Source: Eledone cirrhosa
Lineage: Eukaryota
Length of the DNA stretch: 64,000 nucleotides
Assembly: GCA_964016885.1 (NCBI GenBank)
Contig: OZ024749.1
Location: 31,620,001 to 31,684,000, forward strand
Reading direction: 5' to 3'
Of the stretch, positions 57,430 to 64,000 are shown piece by piece. Numbering within the stretch: the stretch's first letter is position 1; each line of letters begins with the position of its first letter. The translations under genes were made by a program, and so were the position numbers. A model generated the notes under the pieces. The model was not told the DNA's origin. It ran no database searches and saw only the letters and a list, made by a program, of their open reading frames with translations.

Positions 57430-58990
57430 GGTGGTGGTGGGGGTGTTGGCTGTGTTGGTGGTAGTGGTGTTATCTGTGTTGGTGGTGGTAGTGGTGGTAG
57501 TGGTGGAAGTGGTGGTAGTGGTGGTAGTGGTGGTAGTGTTGGTGGTGGTGGTGGTGTTGGCTGTGTTGGTGGTGGTAGTGGTGGTAGTGGTGGAAGTGGT
57601 GGTAGTGGTGGTAGTGGTGGTAGTGTTGGTGGTGGTAGTGGTGGTTGTGGTGGTAGAGGTGGTGTTGGTGGTGGTGGTGTTGGCTGTGTTGGTGGGGGTG
57701 GTGTTGGCTGTGGTGGTGGTGGTGGTGGTGATGGTAGTATGGTAGTAGTGGTGGTGGTAGGGTGGTAGTGGTGGTGGTGGTGAAGGTAGTGGTGGTAGTG
57801 GTGGTGGTAGTTGTGGTAGTGGTGGTGGTGGTGGTGTTGGCTGTGTTGGTGGTGTTGGCTGTGTTGGTGGTGGTGGTGATGGTAGTAGTGGTGGTAGGGT
57901 GGTAGTGGTGGTGGTGGTAGTGATGGTAGTGGTGGTAGTGGTGATGGTGTTGGCTGTGTTGGTGGTGGTGGTGATGGTAGTAATGGTGGTGGTAGGGTGG
58001 TAGTGGTGGTGGTGGTAGTGATGGTAGTGGTGGTAGTGGTAGTGGTGTTGGCTGTGTTGGTGGTGGTGGTGATGGTAGTAGTGGTGGTGGTAGGGTGGTA
58101 GTGGTGGTAGTGATGGTAGTGGTGGTGGTGTTGGCTGTGTTGGTGGTGGTGGTGTTGGCTGTGTTGGTGGTGGTAGTGGTGGTGGTTGTGGTGGTAGATG
58201 TGGTGTTGGTGGTGGTGGTGTTGGCTGTGTTTGTTGGGGTGGTGATGACTGTGTTGGTGGTGGTGGTGGTGGTGGTGGTGGTGGTGGTGGTGGTAGGGTG
58301 GTAGTGGTGGTGGTGGTGGTGGTGGTGGTAGGGTGGTAGTGGTGGTGGTGGTAGTGGTGGTAGTGGTGGTAGTGGTGGTGGTGTTGGTGTTGGCTGTGTT
58401 GGTGGTGGTGCTGGTGGTGTTGGCTGTGTTGGTGGTGGTGGTAGTGGTGGTAGTGGTGGTGGTGGTGTTGGCTGTGTTGGTGGTGGTGGTAGTGGTGGTA
58501 GTGTTGGTGGTGGTGTTGGCTGTGTTGGTGGTGGCGGTGTTGGCTGTGTTGGTGGTGGTGGTGGTAATGGTCGTGGTGGTAGTGGTGGTAGTGGTAGTAG
58601 TGGTGGTGGTAGTGGTGGTAGTGGTGGTGGTAGTGGTGGTAGTGGTGGTGGTGGTGTTGGTGTTAGCTGTGTCGGTGGTGGTGGTGGTGGTGGTGTTGGC
58701 TGTGTTGGTGGTGCTGGTGGTGGTGGTGGTGGTGGTAGTGATGGTAGTGGTCGTGGTGGTAGTGGTGGTAGTGGTGGTAGTGGTGGTGGTAGTGGTGGTA
58801 GTGGAGGTGGTGTTGGTGTTTGCTGTGTCGGTGGTGGTGGTGTTGGCTGTGTTGGTGGTGGCGGTGTTGGTGGTAGCGGTGGTGGTAGTGGTGGTAGTGG
58901 TGGTGGTGTTGGTGTTAGCTGTGTCGGTGGTGGTGGTGGTGGTGCTGGCTGTGTTGGTGGTGCTGGTGGTGTGGTAGTGGTGGTGGTGGG
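57430..58990. repeat. (GGT/AGT)n minisatellite with GTGTTGGCTGTGTT motif
   Basis: Direct inspection. Confidence 0.9.
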
Positions 58991-59276
58991 AGTAGATATA
59001 TTAGCAGCAACAGTGAGAGTAGTCGTGATATTGATGTTGTTGTTGTTGCTGTTGCTGCTGCTAGTATTTTTTGTTATTAGTCTTACATGTTTACATGTTT
59101 ATCCACCATCTTAAGTATTAGCAATGTTGTCACTGAAGTAGTATTTTATGAGAGGAACTACAAAGTTAGGTGAAAGGATGAAGGATAGGGGGTAGTAGTA
59201 GATTATCTTGTGTGCGTGTGTGTGTGTGTGTGTATGTGTGTGTGTGTGTGTGTCTGTTTGTGTGTGTGTGCGCGTG

Positions 59277-59312
<36 letters not shown>

Positions 59313-59668
59313 TCTCTCTCTCTATCTATCTATCTATCTCTCCATCTCTCTCTCTCTCTCGTGGGTGTGTGGGTCTGCGTGTGTCATTCTTTGTGTGTGA
59401 TTCTGTGAGTCTAACCTTCTCTGGGTCAGTTTAAGTGTGTGGTTATGTGAACATGTATGACTAAATATATGTATATGTATATATGTGTTTGACTAGCTGT
59501 ATGCCTGTGTATGATATGGCTTGATTGTGTGAGCGCGTATCACTGTATATATCTATATATGTTTGTGTATAACTAAACTGTATGTTTGTATGTGTCTATG
59601 CTAGCTTAACTTTCTGTGGCTGAGATTAAGTATCTGCTTATCTGAACATATATAACTATATATATATC

Positions 59669-59773
<105 letters not shown>

Positions 59774-59822
59774 AAGATAAGCAGAACAAGTAAAATTCAA
59801 TCAATTTTTCAAAATACATTAA

Positions 59823-59862
<40 letters not shown>

Positions 59863-59865
59863 CAA

Positions 59866-60011
59866 CAGTGACATAAACAGGTACTGTTGGGTTCTGACCC
59901 ACAACTCATTCAGACTGAGTTGGGGCCCAGAACCCAACGAAACTTGAGTACCTGTTTATGTCACTGGTGTGACTGAGTGCTCTTGTCCTTGGATATTTCC
60001 ACCTAACGTTT

Positions 60012-60019
<8 letters not shown>
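59866..60019. mobile_element. Family N fold-back element centred on helix II
   Basis: Palindrome 59866-59966; GAA-ACT(TG)AGT-A-CCTG half-HHR; tail to 60019. Confidence 0.7.
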
Positions 60020-60080
<61 letters not shown>

Positions 60081-60719
60081 TGTGTTTGACTAGCTGTATG
60101 TCTCTGTATGATTATATATGTCATTTGAACATGTATGACATTGTGTATATATGTATGCGCTTCTGTATAAAGTACTGTATATCTGTATGTGATTGTGTGT
60201 GCGTGTCTCAGTATGTGCTTATATAGGTAAATGCATATATATAATAAAAGTTCTGTGCGTGTATGTGTGTAATTTTATGATCGTTTACTGTTGTTATTGT
60301 TGTCGTTGTCCTTTTTTTTTTTATTCCCTAGTTATCTCTCGTCAAGCTGACCAATGATAAAAAAAAAAGACATTCCAATCATCATCTTCTTTTACAGTTA
60401 TATAACATTACTACATTATTCAATGTGACCTGCCATGATATAAGACAGCTAAAGTTTCTAAAATGACGGCAAGGAGATGCCTGAGGCGCTAAGGCGGTAT
60501 ACGCTTGGTGGATGATAAAATTCCAGCAAACAATTCTATCCATATTTTGCCATATCAAGAGATATTTTACCAGACATATTCCATTATTATTTATAGTTGA
60601 TCTGCATTGTGGAGGCTTTTCATATACATTTACATACATGCATACACATGTATCCAGGTGAAACTTGAACCGATAAGGTCTCATTCCTGGATATGTCAAT
60701 ATATATAAAACAAACTTTG

Positions 60720-60780
60720 TATTTTATCTGATGAGAGCGTACCAAAGTTTTGGTACCCTTGAAATATATATAATAGAATA
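60720..60780 (+). ncRNA. Type I hammerhead ribozyme motif (family D, element ~60655-60914)
   Basis: TATTTTAT-CTGATGA-GAGCGTACCAAA(GT)TTTGGTACCCTT-GAA-ATATATAT-A-ATAGAATA. Confidence 0.82.
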
Positions 60781-60913
60781 AATATGGTTTTATAAATATA
60801 GTTTCCATTTATTAATATCATTGATATTATACTTCAGAAAACTTGTCGAGTGCTTCGAATCTGTTATAAATATATATATTTGTTGAATTACCAACAAATT
60901 AAATATCCCTTTG

Positions 60914-60949
<36 letters not shown>

Positions 60950-61129
60950 TTAGTATATCTACTAACATATGCGTACAGACGTACGCTAATGCCAGCAAAT
61001 ACACAGGTTATGTCATAGTACCTAGGTGGTTCAATGCAGGAGGATGCAGAACAATAATATAAAAGACGTAAAATAAGAAAATTTTAAAAAAATTTTTAAA
61101 AATTAACTTACTTACTAAAATTTTCACTC

Positions 61130-61162
<33 letters not shown>

Positions 61163-61212
61163 AGAGACGTAAGATAAGAAAATTATAAAATTAACTTACT
61201 TACTAAAATATC

Positions 61213-61294
61213 ACTTCCAACTAATTAGTTTCTGGAATGGAGTAGATACATCTTCCGAAGAAGGTGCAGAGAAACATCCCATCATCAGGAAAGT
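61213..61294 (-). ncRNA. Type I hammerhead ribozyme motif with extended helix II (family O, element 60945-61303)
   Basis: ACTTTC-CTGATGA-TGGGATG...CATTCCA-GAA-ACTAATTAGT-T-GGAAGT. Confidence 0.8.
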
Positions 61295-61445
61295 CAATTC
61301 TCATATAATATATATATATATATTTCGTTTTCAAATGTCTTTTGCAAGATTTCTCATCGGAAAACGTGTGTTGAAACAGATATTGTTATACTTTGGTCAT
61401 GCTGCCAATATAGGACAGAACAATGAAGAGACAAAATACAACTCA

Positions 61446-61488
61446 GTCACTGAGGAGGTCACAGAATGTGTGACGAAAGAGCTTTGAC
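61446..61488 (+). ncRNA. Minimal type I hammerhead ribozyme motif (family C, element 61323-61612)
   Basis: GTCA-CTGAGGA-G-GTCACA(GAATG)TGTGAC-GAAAGAGCTT-TGAC. Confidence 0.75.
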
Positions 61489-61607
61489 AATATATAAACA
61501 ACCATCCGGTTATCGAACCGACCGACCAACCAGCCGGAAATGTATAATAAATTGAAGTGAAAACCAACAGGTGTGTGTAATTTTATTGGCAGCATGACTT
61601 CCCAAAG

Positions 61608-61692
<85 letters not shown>

Positions 61693-61758
61693 AAAATTGA
61701 ACGGGAACAAAACAGAGAGGCAGTACGAACAAAGGTTTATTAGTTTCACATGTCTCTC

Positions 61759-61870
<112 letters not shown>

Positions 61871-62449
61871 CATAGATATATACATATATATATACATACA
61901 TAGTCAGAGAGAAAACGTATGAGAGGGGTAGACACATAGATATACATCTCTCTTTCTCTCTCTCTCTCTCTCTGTATATATGTATATATATATATAAATA
62001 CACACACACACATATACACACATATATATACATATATATACACACATAGAGACACACACATATATAATTATACATATACACACATACATACTTACAAACA
62101 ATCACAAACATACATACATACACACACTTCACCACCGACCATTTAGCTTTCAAGTTGATGGGAATAACTTTATGTTTTTCCATAGTTTTTCTCTCTTTTT
62201 ATTCTTTGTTTCTTTCCTTGAAGGAGTCCAGTAAAAAAATTTTGTTCTTTTGTTACTCTTTCTCTTTCCCTCTCTTTCCCTCTCTTTCCTTGTATCTCCT
62301 CTTTCTTTTCCTCTCTTTTTCCCTTCCTTTCTTTCTCTTCTGTCTCCTTATTATATAAAGCAATCAATTTTCGATTAAGTCACATGACACTTGTTGGCAA
62401 GCAAGTGTCATCAAATGATTGCTGTTATTGACGTAGTCATCGTTGCTGT

Positions 62450-62617
62450 CATTGGTGTTTTTTTGTTATTGATGTTGGCGGTGTTGTTGTTGTTGGCGGT
62501 GTTGTTGTTGTTGTTGTTGTGGTCGTGGTGTTTTTGGTGATGTTGTTGTTATTGTTGCTGTTGTTGTGGTGGTTGTGTTTTGGGTGATGATGTTGTTGTT
62601 ATTGTTTTTGGTGATGA

Positions 62618-62650
<33 letters not shown>

Positions 62651-62938
62651 GATTTTGGTGATGTTGTTGGTGTTGTTAGTGTTGTTATTGGTTTTGTTGT
62701 TGTCGTTATTGGTGATGTTGTTGTTATTGTTATTGTTGTTGTTATTGTTTTTGATGACGTTGTTATTGTTATTGGTGATGTTGTTGTTATTGTTATTGTT
62801 GTTGTTATTGGTGTTGTGTTTTTGGTGATGTTGTTGTTATTGTTTTTGGTGATTTTGTTGTTATTGTTTTTGGTGATGTTGTTATGGTTGTTGGTGATGT
62901 TGTTGGTGGTGGTGTTGTTGTTGTTGTTGTTGGTGGTG

Positions 62939-62970
<32 letters not shown>

Positions 62971-63790
62971 GGTGGTGGTGGTGGTGTTGTTGTTGTTGGT
63001 GGTGGTGTTGGTGGTGGTGTTGTTGTTGGTGGTGGTGGTGTTGGTGGTGGTGTTGTTGGTGGTGTTGTTGTTGTTGGTGTGGTGGTGTTGGTGGTGGTGT
63101 TGTTGGTAGTGGTGTTGTTGTTGGTGGTGGTGTTGGTGGTGGTATTGTTGTCGGTGGTGTTGTTGTTGTTGGTGGTGTTGTTGTTGGTGGTGTTGTTGTT
63201 GGTGGTGGTGGTGTTGTTGATGGTGGTGTTGTTGTTGTTGGTGGTGTTGTTGTTGGTGGTGTTGTTGTTGGTGGTGGTGGTGTTGTTGATGGTGGTGTTG
63301 TTGTTGGTGGTGGTATTGTTGGTGGTGTTGTTGTTGGTAATAGTGGTGTTGTTGGTGGTGTTGTTGGTGGTGTTGTTGGTGGTTTTCAGTTTTTCGTGAT
63401 GTTGTTCTTGTTGTCATTGGACATGTTGTTGGTGTTGGTGTTGTTCTTATTAGAGTTATTGTTGTTATTGATGTTGTTGTTGGTGGAGGTGTTGTTGGTT
63501 TTGTATTTATTGTTATTGTTCATAACATTTTGTTTGTTATTAATGTTGCATAGCTCTTGTAATTAACGTAAGAACTACTGAGGGTGTTGTTGTTGTTGTT
63601 ACTGTTGTTTTTACTGTTGTTATTGTTGTTGTTGTTGTTCTTGTTCTTGTTCAAAGCTGAAATTACTGTTGTATTGGCTAAATTCGTTTTTGTTGTTGAT
63701 GTTGTTGTCATTACAGTTGTTGTCGTTGTTGTTGTCACAGTTGTTGTTGTTGTCGTTGTTGTTGTCACAGTTGTTGTTGTTGTCGTTGTT
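62450..63790. repeat. (GTT)/(GGT) low-complexity array
   Basis: Direct inspection. Confidence 0.9.
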
Positions 63791-64000
63791 GATTCCAATT
63801 TAAACGTTCTATCGTTTATCTGATTTCATTTATGTCGAATTTTAATCAATCATTCATTATTTTAGTCACCGTTACTACACTCTACAGCCACCAACACTAC
63901 TTCCAGCACAACTACCACCATCTCTACTACCACCATTACAACCATCAACACCAACACCACGTCCAACACTAATGCAACCACCAACACACAACTACCACCA

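Overview
AT-rich, microsatellite-saturated eukaryotic non-coding DNA, most likely from an octopod cephalopod. That inference rests on a nad2-cox1 mitochondrial insertion with a cephalopod-like COI peptide (LLNDDQLYN) and on SINEs resembling octopus OK/Nin and OR/Meta types. No intact host protein-coding gene is visible; nearly all listed ORFs are translations of (TA)n, (CA)n, (GGT)n, (GTT)n and similar tracts. The main hidden structure is a dense set of about 15 sequence-diverse families of short elements embedded in (TA)n tracts. Most are fold-back palindromes and carry type I hammerhead ribozyme (HHR) motifs. About 20 complete or near-complete cores could be folded by eye, almost all with a self-complementary helix III. 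They look like terminal repeats (pLTRs) of Penelope-like retroelements or retrozyme-like derivatives. Several palindromes are centred on ribozyme helix II and show flip/flop loop orientations, and two fragments start at the predicted self-cleavage site. Also present: a 3-kb palindrome, a SINE-interrupted NUMT, R4/Dong-like and RTE-like LINE relics, and mariner, hAT and piggyBac-type MITE relics. All structures were read manually, so coordinates may be off by a few bases.
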